The notes under the pieces are model-generated. The model saw nothing but the letters and a program-made list of their open reading frames with translations. It did not search any database and was not told the origin of the DNA. 64,000 bases of DNA, taken from Giardia intestinalis. Lineage: Eukaryota. Shown piece by piece: positions 27,288 through 38,600 of the stretch. The stretch's first letter is position 1, and every line of letters starts with the position of its first letter. The position numbers and the translations under genes are program-made. The DNA lies in assembly GCA_000002435.2 (NCBI GenBank), contig CM018791.1; one strand, given 5' to 3'.

Positions 27288-29009
27288 CCATATGTCACAG
27301 AGCTGTGCAATGGGTCGTATATGTTGCTAGAGTCGCCCCAGCTCATAATAGGTAGAAATAGTGACAAAAGTAAGCCCTGGGAATTGGCCGACAATAGGCT
27401 TCTCTTGCCCTACCAGGAGCTGAGCCGGGCACATATCGGATTATCATATGATGGTCACAATCTCGAAATAACCAACCTTGGGCGCAACAGAATTGTCATT
27501 TTACTCCAAACTTGCGACAGCAATGGTGGCAACGGTGATAGTGAGGAAGCATGTCCCAGAAAACAGCTGATAATGGAGCCCAAAAACTCTCTGGAAAGGG
27601 TGTGCTCTCCCTGCATTCTTTCTATTCATCCACACTCGTTCAAAGATCACTATGGAACATACTATTATGGATGCCCTCTTTTTCCTCCTCTATGCATCGT
27701 TCCAATAGGTGGTATGGTCGCTCGTGCATTTCAGATGTTAGAAGAGATTGATACTTTGCTGTCCTCTTCGACTTTGCAATCCAATCAATCTACTTATCTA
27801 AATATTATTTTCAATCGGTACAGCCACTCAAAGTTGGTGCTAGCGGAATTTGTCGATTGCACGAATCCGCAGATTCTTGGGCCGTTGCTGGACGGAGCCA
27901 AGAAGTTGGTTGACTTAGAGCCATATTATACTACCCTCATCGATATAACTACTTGTCTCCACGAAGCAAGAAGTGTACACGGCCTTGAGCTCCCAATAGA
28001 CCTAGATATCTATAAGTTCGAGAAGCCACCATGCTTTCCAGAGCACCAGCATGCATATGAAAAGGTGTGCCCGCAAGAGTGTCACACACCCATAGAGTCT
28101 ATAGATCATGAGCAGCTCACCGAATTTACAGACTTCTTTTTAACAGATGTAACAATTCTTTCCATAAATGCCAATCTGCAAAGTCTATTTGAGACTACCC
28201 TACAATACACTACCCTACAAGCTCCCCCCAGTATTGATGTTCTTGAGTGGGCGATCACTGGCTTGACACCTGTCCTAGAAGATGGCCGGCTTTGCTGTCA
28301 CCCGGACATAGGTCGGTTAAAGTCCTATTACAGCAGACACAAGTACCTTCTAATAGTGTACGAAGGAACCGAATCTTCAACTTGGGTAGACGCCATTCTA
28401 GAACCTGAAGCAGAAAAGAATGTATTGTTTGCTCTGATAAGGAGCTCACTAGGCACGGAAAAGCCGGTCTATATTATGTCTAAGAAGCAGTTCTCTGGGT
28501 TTCTCTACTATCAGAATTCTGGGGATATATCATATTTCCCCTTTCCACCCTCACGGGCCTACAGATCCTCCTCTAGCACACCTCCCACTTTGGTAGCAGC
28601 AGCGACAGAATCTACAACTAAGGCGATTAGCTCCGATGCTGAAGCAAGTAAGGAGCCGTGTCTCCGGCAATCAACCTCTCCGAGCATTCCACAATGTGCA
28701 AAGGAAAATGAAGAAGTAATTGATATTTCTGACAGCGAAAGCTCACAGCCCAGCTCTGAGGCTAGGGAAGCAACACGTCCATCTGCATCACAACAACCAC
28801 CCCAGCTTCTGGACTTGCCGAATTTTAGTGAGCGCAGGGTAATAAAGGTGGATCTCCCCGTAATGAGGATTATCAACGGGTACGGCGTTGTGGATTGCGA
28901 CGACATTTCGATGTCTGTCTGGCGTGCGCTTGTAGATGCCCTTAATAGCGACGGTCCAGGACCGTGCCTTGCTCTCCGGTTGCATGAGGATGACGCTGGG
29001 CAGGCGTAG
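27264..29009 (+). CDS. hypothetical protein with a possible N-terminal FHA-like domain and a Ser-rich acidic C-terminal tail
   Basis: The ATG at 27264 overlaps the helicase 5' end by 24 bp. The next in-frame ATG is 27321 (MLLESPQ...). IIGRNSDKSKPWELADNRLLLPYQELSRAHIGLSYDGHNLEITNLGRNRIVIL resembles FHA core elements (GR...SRxH...N-L-G-x-N). The C-terminus is S/T/E-rich (SDSESSQPSSEAREATRPS). Confidence 0.5.
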   Translation: MARPHTAHPYVTELCNGSYMLLESPQLIIGRNSDKSKPWELADNRLLLPYQELSRAHIGLSYDGHNLEITNLGRNRIVILLQTCDSNGGNGDSEEACPRKQLIMEPKNSLERVCSPCILSIHPHSFKDHYGTYYYGCPLFPPLCIVPIGGMVARAFQMLEEIDTLLSSSTLQSNQSTYLNIIFNRYSHSKLVLAEFVDCTNPQILGPLLDGAKKLVDLEPYYTTLIDITTCLHEARSVHGLELPIDLDIYKFEKPPCFPEHQHAYEKVCPQECHTPIESIDHEQLTEFTDFFLTDVTILSINANLQSLFETTLQYTTLQAPPSIDVLEWAITGLTPVLEDGRLCCHPDIGRLKSYYSRHKYLLIVYEGTESSTWVDAILEPEAEKNVLFALIRSSLGTEKPVYIMSKKQFSGFLYYQNSGDISYFPFPPSRAYRSSSSTPPTLVAAATESTTKAISSDAEASKEPCLRQSTSPSIPQCAKENEEVIDISDSESSQPSSEAREATRPSASQQPPQLLDLPNFSERRVIKVDLPVMRIINGYGVVDCDDISMSVWRALVDALNSDGPGPCLALRLHEDDAGQA

Positions 29010-29055
29010 TAGATCGGATAAACAAAAGTGTATTATTAGTTAGAGATGTCCAGGA

Positions 29056-29069
29056 GCGCAGATTTAGGC
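29056..29069 (+). promoter_or_regulatory. histone promoter motif GCGCAGATTTAGGC
   Basis: 41 to 54 bp upstream of the H2A ATG. The same 14-mer, with one R position, lies at the equivalent distance upstream of both H4 genes in this window. Confidence 0.6.
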
Positions 29070-29109
29070 ATAATTTCAGTTTAAATTGTCTGCGCAGATA
29101 AAGAAAGCC

Positions 29110-29484
29110 ATGAGCACCAAGCCCGTCAAGGACAACAGCAAGATGAAGAGCAGGTCCGCGCGCGCGGGGATCTCGTTCCCGATCGGGCGCATCCACCGTC
29201 ACCTGCGCGAGGGTCGCTACGCAGAGCGCATCTCGTCCGACGCGCCCGTCTACCTCGCGGCCGTCCTCGAGAACGTCGTCGCAGAGGTCTTCCGGGAGGC
29301 GTGCAACCACCGCGACAAGAAGAGCCAGAAGCGCATCGTCCCCAACCACATCCTGACTGCCCTCCGCAAGGACAAGGAGCTCGCGACCATCTTCGCCAAC
29401 GTCACAATCCGCGAGGGAGGCGTCGCCCGCTCCGCGAAGGAGGGAAGAGAGGGCAAGGGCTCCCATCGGTCGCAGGATCTTTGA
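29110..29484 (+). CDS. H2A: histone H2A
   Basis: Histone-fold sequence SRSARAGISFPIGRIHRHLREGRYAERISSDAPVYLAAVLENVVAEVFREACN...KRIVPNHILTALRKDKELATIFANVTIREGGV. The track ORF starts at a TTG at 29086 and the ATG is at 29110. Confidence 0.9.
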   Translation: MSTKPVKDNSKMKSRSARAGISFPIGRIHRHLREGRYAERISSDAPVYLAAVLENVVAEVFREACNHRDKKSQKRIVPNHILTALRKDKELATIFANVTIREGGVARSAKEGREGKGSHRSQDL

Positions 29485-29734
29485 GTGTCTGTCTGTGAGT
29501 GTCTGTGAACTTATGATGTCTTTTTGTTGGTTGTGGCGCCGTAAGAGTGAGTTCTCGTTCTGACTGACTGGTATCTCGCTTGTAACAGCCGGCCCTCGGC
29601 TCAGCTCATTCCCCGTTCTATTTCAACACTCTCCATAGCATTTTGGATTGTAGCATTTCTAGGACAAAGTTCTAGGATAGCCGACATTCTATGTAAACGC
29701 CGACGTTGAGATTACAAGGGAAAGTATAAAGCCC

Positions 29735-29741
29735 ATTTACT
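29735..29741 (-). promoter_or_regulatory. putative poly(A) signal AGTAAAT for eIF5B
   Basis: On the minus strand, AGTAAAT begins 7 nt downstream of the eIF5B TGA stop (29748..29750). Confidence 0.4.
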
Positions 29742-29747
29742 TTTGCC

Positions 29748-32528
29748 TCATGCGGGGTCAATATTTAGTAGAGTCTTGATTGTTTTTACGCACACCCAAT
29801 CCTCTTTTGTAAGGTCGTCGCGGTAATACTTCTTTAAGATATCAATACTTTTTCTATTCATAGCAGTGTACAGAGTCGGTGTGTCCTCCTTGCTGAATGT
29901 CCGCCCATAGGCGGTGGAGGAGTCAGCGGTCTCGATTCTGATGGCAACTTCGGTGCCTGCCTTTGCCATAGGATGGCTCTTATTATCTTTCTGAATGCTT
30001 TCCACCTTTCCTAGAAGCTTTCCTGTTGGGAAGCAGATTGGCTGCTGTGGATGAAGAGACCCTTTATCGATTCGCACCCCAATAATGAGAGGATCTTTGT
30101 GATGAAAGCAGTCTAGGATGGTCATTATGCATGGAAAGACGGTCTCCGATTTGAGCGCCTCCCGTCTCTCAAGCTTGTACTGCTTCAAGTGTTCGACAAA
30201 CATGTCATAGAGATGATAAATGATGTCCGCCCTGAAAATCTTCACCTTGTTAATCTTTGCATAGTCCTCTGTCGCTTTGTCTACTTCAATATCAAAGGCC
30301 AAGATGCAAGCATACTCTGGATTTGTACGCTCAAGCTGGAGGGCCGCCTCTTGAATAGTGTTCTTGGAGATCGGGCCTATAGCACACCCTGCGAGCGGCA
30401 CCTTTGTCTTTTCCGAACTTAGGTACGTGATGAGTGCTTCCATAGACCCCAAGGATGATGCGTTAAGATAGATGCCCACGTTAGAAAACTTGAATTGCTT
30501 TGCCATGTCATGTATATCTGCCATAACGCACTCCTTAAGGTCCTCAAGGTTATCTCCAGGATCCTCTCGCAGTACAGTGCTCCCAGGAATGGCAGTTTCA
30601 AGATCTGTCGCATAAATCTTGAATCCAATCGAAGCGCGCAGCTTATCATTACGCTTGTAATTGGCGGTTCCCTTTTCGCGGATCTCACGAGCTTCTTGGG
30701 GAGTAAGAAGCTCTCTAATCTTGGTAACAATGGGTCCATTTAGCCCAGCCAAAACGATCGTGTCGCCTCTGTGCAACTCTCCGTTGACAAGGATGCAATC
30801 GATTGTGTACCCAAAGCCATCCTCTTTTCTGAGCTCCAGGACTGTGCACTGCATCTTCTCTTCTCCGCTATCACTGTAATGTACAGCAATCTTATCTTCC
30901 ATTAATAGCTGAGTGAATCCAACAAGGACGGCGAGTAGGTCAGGGACCCCTTCCTCGGTGAATGCGCTCGTGGGGACAACGGGTATAACCCTCTTGAGGT
31001 CAGCGATATTCCACCAGAGATCCACGTCAAGTTCGAGCTCAGCAAACTGGTTTCTAACGTCCAGATACTTCTTTTCAAAGTCGTCCAACGTTGCTTTGTC
31101 CTGCTTGCACGGGTTGTCCTTTACCACCCCCGCACTTGTCATCTCAGGACCACTGCCCATGGTTCCCTCTAGCGCACGCTTGGAAGAGCGTCCCTGGACA
31201 GACTTCCAATTGTATAACCTGTCAATCTTGTTCAGCGCAACGATGAACGGGCAATTCCGCGCTCTAAGCAGATTAATGCTCTCTATTGTTTGTCGCTCTA
31301 GCCCATGCATGAGGTCGACCACGAGGATGGCGATATCTGCAAGGCTGCTGCCACGGCTCCTCAGATTGGCAAACGACTCGTGCCCAGGCGTGTCGACAAT
31401 CAAAAGGCCTGGTATTTTGTACTTCACTTTCATGGGGAACTCCTTTGTCCGCTCACTGAGATACTCGTAAGAGAAGAATGTGCTGCCGATCTGCTGTGTT
31501 ATACCACCGACTTCTTTTCCTTGTATGTTCGTAGATCTGATTTTATCGAGCAGAGATGTCTTTCCTGTGTCGACGTGTCCCAGAATCGCGCAGATCGGGC
31601 TTCTGAGATTCTCCTGGATCTTATCGGCACGCATCTTAGCATGGTAATCTAGCTCCTGCTGCCGGCTAAGCTCCGCCAACTTCTGCGTATGCGTCACTTT
31701 GGCCTTTGCTTTTGAAGAAGCTGTATGCTTACTATTGTCTATTTCAAAACTGGAGTCACTGTCCGCATCATCCTCCCACGAGCGTTTGGCAGCCTTGGAG
31801 ACTTCCTCTGCAGCCTGCTGCACACTTTCCTGCTCCTTTGCTCTTTGTTCCGCTCGAATCTGCTCCTGCTTTAACTTCCGCTCCTCTTCTTCCTGGCGAG
31901 ACTCTGCTATTCGGGCACGCAGCATGTCCATCGCCTCTCTGCGCTCCTCCTCGCTCATGGAGTTAAAGTCTATTCCCAACAAACCTGGCCCACCGGCGGC
32001 AGAGTGCTGGCCTCTATTTTCCCCCCTTCGCTTACCCCTACCAGGGTCAAGACCTTGTTGCTTCTCTGGCTCCATGCGAGCCCTGGGATGGCCCTCTTTC
32101 TGCGTGCCTTCTACTGTTTTTGAAACTTCTGAAGGCTCCTCTAAGACCTCTTCTGAAGGCTCTTCGCTATGAGCATCCAAGTCCATGCATGCATCGAAGT
32201 CCTCATGGTGTCGCTTCCCCTTGCCTTTGACGGGCTCCTTCTTTTGGGTATGGCCTGTCTTTGCTTCTGTGGCAGCAGTAGCTGCAGCTGCGGCTGCAGC
32301 GGCCTCTGCTTCTGCCTTTTCTCTGGCCTCCTTACGGGCCAGGAGCGCCTTTTTAGATATTGTAGGCCCCTTTGGAACGACCACTGGGAGTTCCAGAGGA
32401 CCCGTCTGTCGCTCACGCTGACTAGCCGCCTTACTGGCCTCTTCACGCTTCTGCTGCTGCTCTTGCTCCTTACGAGTCATCCCGCGCTTCCCTGCGTTTG
32501 CATTGAACTGTTGATTTCGTGGAGGCAT
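29748..32528 (-). CDS. EIF5B: translation initiation factor eIF5B (IF2-type GTPase)
   Basis: The N-terminus is a long K/E/A-rich low-complexity region that includes a poly-Ala run. The G domain follows (PICAILGHVDTGKTSLLDKIRSTNIQGKEVGGITQQIGSTFF; LLIVDTPGHESF; ALNKIDR) together with domain II-IV-like sequence. ATG at 32528 is confirmed. Confidence 0.9.
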   Translation of the reverse strand: MPPRNQQFNANAGKRGMTRKEQEQQQKREEASKAASQRERQTGPLELPVVVPKGPTISKKALLARKEAREKAEAEAAAAAAAATAATEAKTGHTQKKEPVKGKGKRHHEDFDACMDLDAHSEEPSEEVLEEPSEVSKTVEGTQKEGHPRARMEPEKQQGLDPGRGKRRGENRGQHSAAGGPGLLGIDFNSMSEEERREAMDMLRARIAESRQEEEERKLKQEQIRAEQRAKEQESVQQAAEEVSKAAKRSWEDDADSDSSFEIDNSKHTASSKAKAKVTHTQKLAELSRQQELDYHAKMRADKIQENLRSPICAILGHVDTGKTSLLDKIRSTNIQGKEVGGITQQIGSTFFSYEYLSERTKEFPMKVKYKIPGLLIVDTPGHESFANLRSRGSSLADIAILVVDLMHGLERQTIESINLLRARNCPFIVALNKIDRLYNWKSVQGRSSKRALEGTMGSGPEMTSAGVVKDNPCKQDKATLDDFEKKYLDVRNQFAELELDVDLWWNIADLKRVIPVVPTSAFTEEGVPDLLAVLVGFTQLLMEDKIAVHYSDSGEEKMQCTVLELRKEDGFGYTIDCILVNGELHRGDTIVLAGLNGPIVTKIRELLTPQEAREIREKGTANYKRNDKLRASIGFKIYATDLETAIPGSTVLREDPGDNLEDLKECVMADIHDMAKQFKFSNVGIYLNASSLGSMEALITYLSSEKTKVPLAGCAIGPISKNTIQEAALQLERTNPEYACILAFDIEVDKATEDYAKINKVKIFRADIIYHLYDMFVEHLKQYKLERREALKSETVFPCIMTILDCFHHKDPLIIGVRIDKGSLHPQQPICFPTGKLLGKVESIQKDNKSHPMAKAGTEVAIRIETADSSTAYGRTFSKEDTPTLYTAMNRKSIDILKKYYRDDLTKEDWVCVKTIKTLLNIDPA

Positions 32529-32644
32529 GGTAATTATTTCAAATATGTTAGAAATTTATCCTTGAAGTTTTCTGTTTTCAGAAGGTTCTGGCATAAGACG
32601 AATTTTCACCGATTTACTCCGTTTCACTGGAAAGGGAAATAAAA

Positions 32645-35600
32645 ATGCCTGCCCCCGATCTTCGGGCTCAATGGATCATTGAAGTGGTATCCATGTACCT
32701 GCAGTATTCCCAGGTTGATATTGAATGCCTGATAGTCGACGGAGGGCAGTACTCTCCCCTGCTCCACAGCTTTTTCGATTGTACCTTGAACCATCCTGCA
32801 CTCTATTTCTATACACATACAGAAACAGGACAGCTCATAATAGCCTCAGATCCTCCCCAAGCGACAGCAAAGTATCTTCTCTACATGGTTCACAGACCCC
32901 TCGGGGATGACCAGGGCTTCTCACCCATTCAAGAGCCCGAGGGGCCCGATGGGCCATATGCCGACCTTACCGATGAGGTTCGGTGTGAAATATCCCAACG
33001 CCTTGATATTTCTTTGATTTCTGGCAATGTCCTGAGCTCTCTTGCAACTTCTCTCCAGAATCAGTATTCCCCGCTGGTATCTGCGGGAGACCCCGAAATA
33101 ATGTTTCAGTCGCGTAAGCTGGCTGTTGCTGCTAGCGCCGCGGATGCACAGCTTTGCTCCAAGTATGTTATTGAGGTCCCCAACTTGGACATTAGCGACC
33201 CGCGGGTTGCTGCTCAAGACGCAGCGATCGTTTCAACGGTTCAGCGGCTCTTTGAAGAGTGGGTTCAAGTCCTGCAAGCAGCAATGGAAGAGTATGACCG
33301 GCTAAATCCTGCTGGCGACCTTCCGATGGCAGAGTTGGAGAGCTGGCGGAAAAAGTCGGCTCTTCTCTCTAATCTTTACGAAGACTTGTGCTCACCACAG
33401 TTCAAAAAGCTCTTTGCTGTTCTGGAGTATTCGCATGCCACTGTATTCAGCGGCTTCAGTCTTTTGCGCCAAGATGTTGCACGCGCCTGTCTGGAGGCCA
33501 AGGACAATGCCAGATTTCTTAGCACACTAGAGCGTCACTTCAAGATGATCAGCAGGTCGCCTCTTCCAGCACTTTCAGAAACTATTACTAGTCTTTACGC
33601 AGCCTTGCGCATGGTCTGGACTATATCGCGCTACTATAATACGGAGGACAGACTCCTTCCGCTGATGCATCGTATTGCAAAGCACATTACGGCTAGAGTT
33701 CGCTCGTCGATCAACATCAAAGAGCTATTCTCCAGTAGCTCTCGGAACGCGGCCATACTTAGTGGATTGGCTGGCCAGAATTTCTACGGCCAAGGTGCCA
33801 TCGAGGCCCTTGCCACCAACGCCAGCGAGGCCCTCGGCAGCAGTACTTTTATGGATGCTGGGAGACGGTCCTTAACGAAAGTATCTAGCTCCCAGATCAT
33901 TCCAACAACTTCTACAAGCGATAATTACACTCCCATTGATATACTTCATGCAGCTGGGCAGGTTCTTACCAAGTGGAAGGCCCAGTACAATGAAACTAAG
34001 CAGAAGATAGAGGAATCAACAACAGACACAAAGCGCTGGGAGCTCGACAAGCGCGTCCTCTTCGGGGAGACAGATTTTCATTTGGCCCGCGTGGAGACGC
34101 TGATTGGTTGCGTCCAGTCCGTCATGGAATTTTCGCAAATTATCTCCCCTGACGTGCAGCGCGTCATAGGGGATCAATCTGGATTACGTGAAGTCAGGAA
34201 AGCTATTTCCGAGCTTCCGAGTGAGCTTATTGCGTTTGATCAGAAGATTTGGTCTCCGTCTCACACTACGGAATTTGAAGCGCTCCTCAGTAACTTTAAA
34301 GCAAAAGTATCCCAAACGGAAGTTAAGGCTTTCTCATATATTGACAGGTCGTTCAAACGCCTGCGTGATGTGTCCAGCGGTCTCGAACTGGTTAGCCGTC
34401 TGAGCCTCAAAACTGCTTCCGACACCTCTGAAGCACGGGGGACAGCAGCTACAACGATATTATCCAACCATATGAGCGGAAAGATCGAGGAGACCCTTCG
34501 CCAATATTGCGAGGAGCTCCAGCGATCAATAAAGGAATTTGAGCTCAAAAAGGATCAGCCACCGATTGGGATAGATCTACCTCCACTTGCCGCTAGCGTG
34601 GTCTGGGCCCGATCTCTCTTTGTCGCTGTTAAAGAACCGTATAGAATCATGCGTCAATTGGGAGACGACGTGCTAAAGGCTTCTCAGGCTGCCGCTGAAG
34701 CTACTGCTCTTTTCAACGAGCTTGCGAGCAACCTCAGGACGTTCGAGCAGAAGCGTTTTCAAGCATGGCGTGTTGATGCAGATGCCATTATCCTGAAGAG
34801 TCTTCGCTCTCCTCTCCTGGGTGAAAAACGAATCTTATCTGTGTCAGATCTCAGAAAAGCTAGCCTAGATCCCGATGGAACATTCCTTCCAAAGCTAGTG
34901 ATACCGAATCTGATGGCAACATGTGCTATGCAAGGGACCGGTCAGCTGACGACAGCTGTTCCGGCAAACTCTAAAGACAAAGTGCGGCGCTCTACAATTA
35001 GACAGAGTATACCAGATAGTCTTCCACAGCACGCAGCATATGCTGATATGACGGGAGCCACGTACCTGAGCCCCACAGTCACCTCATTGATCCTCAAGGA
35101 ATACGGTCTCGAGATGTGCGTGAATTTTCCACCTGAGCTCAATGCACTTATAGACGAGGTATCTGCGCTGGATCGTCTTGGCTTCCGTGTTGGGGAGACC
35201 GCACTCAATGTCTGTCTTCAAAAGGCCAAGTACGAGACCCACGCAGAGGGTCTGAAGATGCTTATTTCTAGTTTAAATAGTGCACTCCAGGACTTCCTTC
35301 CGTTGGTTGCGGGTTCCACTCCCGCTATGGTGTCAGATATAAAGCGCAAAGCCAACTCCATGGAGCTAATAAGAAAGTCAGTATCTAAGGCAGCCGTTGT
35401 TATTCGCCCTGGCTTTGGTCCTCTGAACTGGAACTCACTTTCTGTGGACGACTACCTAGAGCGGGCGCTCTCTGCCTGCTCTGAACTTTCACAAAGCTGC
35501 CAGCAGATTCTTAAGACAATCATGCTAATGGAGCAGTGCATAAAGGGTATCACAAATACCCGACTCATCCCAACCCAGGCCGCTCTTCTTCTTGCAGGGG

Positions 35601-38600
35601 CGTCTACCAATGCTCCCGCCCCAATTACTGAGTCTGGCGCCGGTGGGGCCTCCACTCAGTTGGTTCCACCCGGATCTAACTCATCTGCCGCCGGCGAGCA
35701 TAAGCCAACCATTGCGGAGATAATGGCGCGTGCAACACAGCTGAAGAAGAAGCAGCAATTAGAAGGGAAGCGGCCAGACTCACCAACAACACTCTTCTTG
35801 GCCGCCCTAAAATCTTTGGAGGCGCGCGGAAAGATGGGAACTGAAGAGGAGTACGAGTCTATCCCAACCATGAGCCTCCCTGAGTTTAGCTCTCGTCTCG
35901 AAGAGTTTCGTGCCAAATCTCTAATGGGGAGTCTCGAGAAGTATTATTCTCTGGGTCCGCTGCTTGTTAAGATTGAAGAATTGTCCTTCGGCACCTCTAC
36001 AGGAAAGTGTCCTGGGTTGCGCACGTACTATGAGTATTGGACAAATCGTGTCTATAACGCTCTGGTTGTCATGATAGGAACAGCTCTAAAGGACTTCTCT
36101 ATCTTGCTTCGTGGGGTTAACACTCAATCTGAGCGTGATTCGGCAAAAAGAAATAGCAAGTATCTCAGAGATAGATACACACCCCTTTTTCAACTCAATC
36201 TCAGTCTCTCGTCGCCAGAGATTATCGTTACACCTTCTCTCTCGTCAATTCTCAACACGCTCAATAACCAGGTTGAGCAACTGGTTAAGGTAGCGTGCCC
36301 GTTCGTCATCTGGATCCCTGGCAGTATTGCGATGCATGAGCCGGAGCCGGCGACGTCTGCCACAGGGGCTGAGATATTATCTACTGATGAGAACGCCACA
36401 TCTATTCGCCGCAACGAGCTCTATGGATTTAAACGGAAGACGACTAAGCAGGGCGATGGACAGGATGTCGTCGACGCTTCGTCTACAGAGGAGGTTGTCG
36501 TGCGCTCCTACAGCCCAAGAGTCTCTCAACACTCAACCATTACAATGTTGGCCACCCAACTGAAGTCAAAGATCCAGTCTTCCATCCTAGACATTCAGGA
36601 GTATATCCGCGCATGGTCCCATTATGAGCAGATTTGGAAATCAAATCGTCTGCCCATTGTCGGCAGGTTTGCTGCTCTTTCGCCCAATGCCAGCACCTTC
36701 GACTATGTGCTGAGCTTCTTCACAGCAACAATGGATGTTTTGAAAGATGCTCATAAAGAAAAGATGGCCATATACACCGATATACAGGCAGACACAGTGG
36801 AAGCAGAGGCTCTCACTAGCGCCAATGACATGTCCAGGCCTTCACGACCATCTACGACAAATCGACCCGGAAGTGCTGCTAGCGCAAGCGGTAAGAGCAC
36901 TACCAAAGATACAGCGGATGGAGATCCTCACGATAGCGAGTCGCACACGTCTATCCTTCCCACAAAGAGGCACATGTACCTTTCGAGCAACTACATTTAC
37001 ACTATGTTTAATTTAACTGCAGCCAACGACAACTTGATTGACGCCATACCGATTAATAACAGCATATCGATCCATCCTCCCATTAAGGTTCTTTTTAACA
37101 TAGCGGTTTTGCATGCAAACAGCCTTGTCAAGTCTATCATTCACGAGTGCCAGTTGTGGCGCGAGGCGATATGCAGAGCCATCATTGAAAAGGCCCGCCC
37201 AATGCTGCTGGATAGCTACAACGAGATAGATGAGGAGTTCAGAAATTGCGTGGCACAGGCACGGGACTTAGAGTCCCTCAAGATTGTTCTTTCCACCCTT
37301 CGCCGCGTTGCAAACAGGACCATGTCCATGGAGCTAACCTGGCTCGAGCTAGAGAGTCTCTTTGCCTTGCTTCAGGCGTATAATGCAGAGGTGCGGATCA
37401 AGTTCGATAAGTCCCTTCTGTCTGGATCTCCAAATCGCGGCAGTCGTGTAGGCAGTCCGACGCGTGGCAGCAACACTAGTCCACAGCTAACAGCTGAGCA
37501 GCTTGAGCAGCGTAAGCGTGACGCGGCTCTTTACTCTGCCCTTCAACCATTTGTTCTGGAGTTTGAGAACGATGATCTGGGACCAATCTTAGACCAAACC
37601 GACCTAGGCTGGTCCGGCTCGTCTCTCAGAGAACTTATTAATCTATCGGATACAGACCCGCGACTATGCAATGCAGAAATAGGGGTTGCTTTGACCTCTG
37701 GCGCAGGTGGTGCAGGCACATCCCTCACTTCATCGCTGGAGAATCTGACAATATTTACCTCTACAGAAGAGGGTGCAGCCGCCATGGCAACCGCCGCTAA
37801 AAGCAAGAAGGCCATGAAGACAACGAATGTTCGCGTCTTTGAGCAGGAAATTCAGGCTGCATACGCCATTCGCTCGCGCTGGGCGTCTTTGCTTTCCATC
37901 GTGAAGGAGGTAGATAGACTTCTAGTTGAGATAAAGCGAAAGCAGGCAGAGGAAACAACCAAGCTTGCCCGTGTATTTGAGAAGGAAATGCACGCGTTCG
38001 TGAAAGAGTTTAACGAAGAGGGGCCGTATCACTATTTGTCTGTTTACTTTGAAGAGGTGGCTCAGCTGGAGCAGGAAGGGAAGAAGCACACTAAGACGCT
38101 GACGGATATTCTTGAGGACGTGTTCGAGTTGTACAAGGCAAGCAAGGAGAAGTTTGGCGCTATCGTTGTCAAGAGAGACACTACTATTTTGGCCCAGCGG
38201 CTCTTCAACCTAGATCCAATCAACTCTATGAGTCTGACACCTATTGAAAAGGAGCTCGATGCAGAGGGGGCAATCCTAGCGATCTATGATCAGGTTAGGC
38301 AAACTTTCAAAGAGTGGGATCGGCTCTACTTTTCGTCTCTTGATCCCTCCATGCTCGAGACAGGATGTGATGGGATGCGCACCACGCTACGAAGACTTCC
38401 AGCCGAGTACAGGTCCCACACTATGTATGAGACCCTAGATACTATTCTGCGGAACTACAAAGACTCAATACCGCTATTACAGGACCTCAGGAATGATGCC
38501 TTGCGTGCCCGCCACTGGTTGCAGGTCGAACAGCTTACAGGCCAGACGCTCTTTAGTAATGCAGAGCAAGCCCAGAACCTAACCCTCGGACAGCTCACGT

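Noticed and set aside
31699-32642. Antisense ORFs of 86 to 157 aa over the eIF5B N-terminal region
   Set aside because: The eIF5B N-terminus is low-complexity, with K/E/A-rich and poly-Ala runs (gcagcagtagctgcagctgcggctgcagcg), which suppresses stop codons on the opposite strand. The resulting ORFs are Ala/Ser/Cys-rich artefacts.
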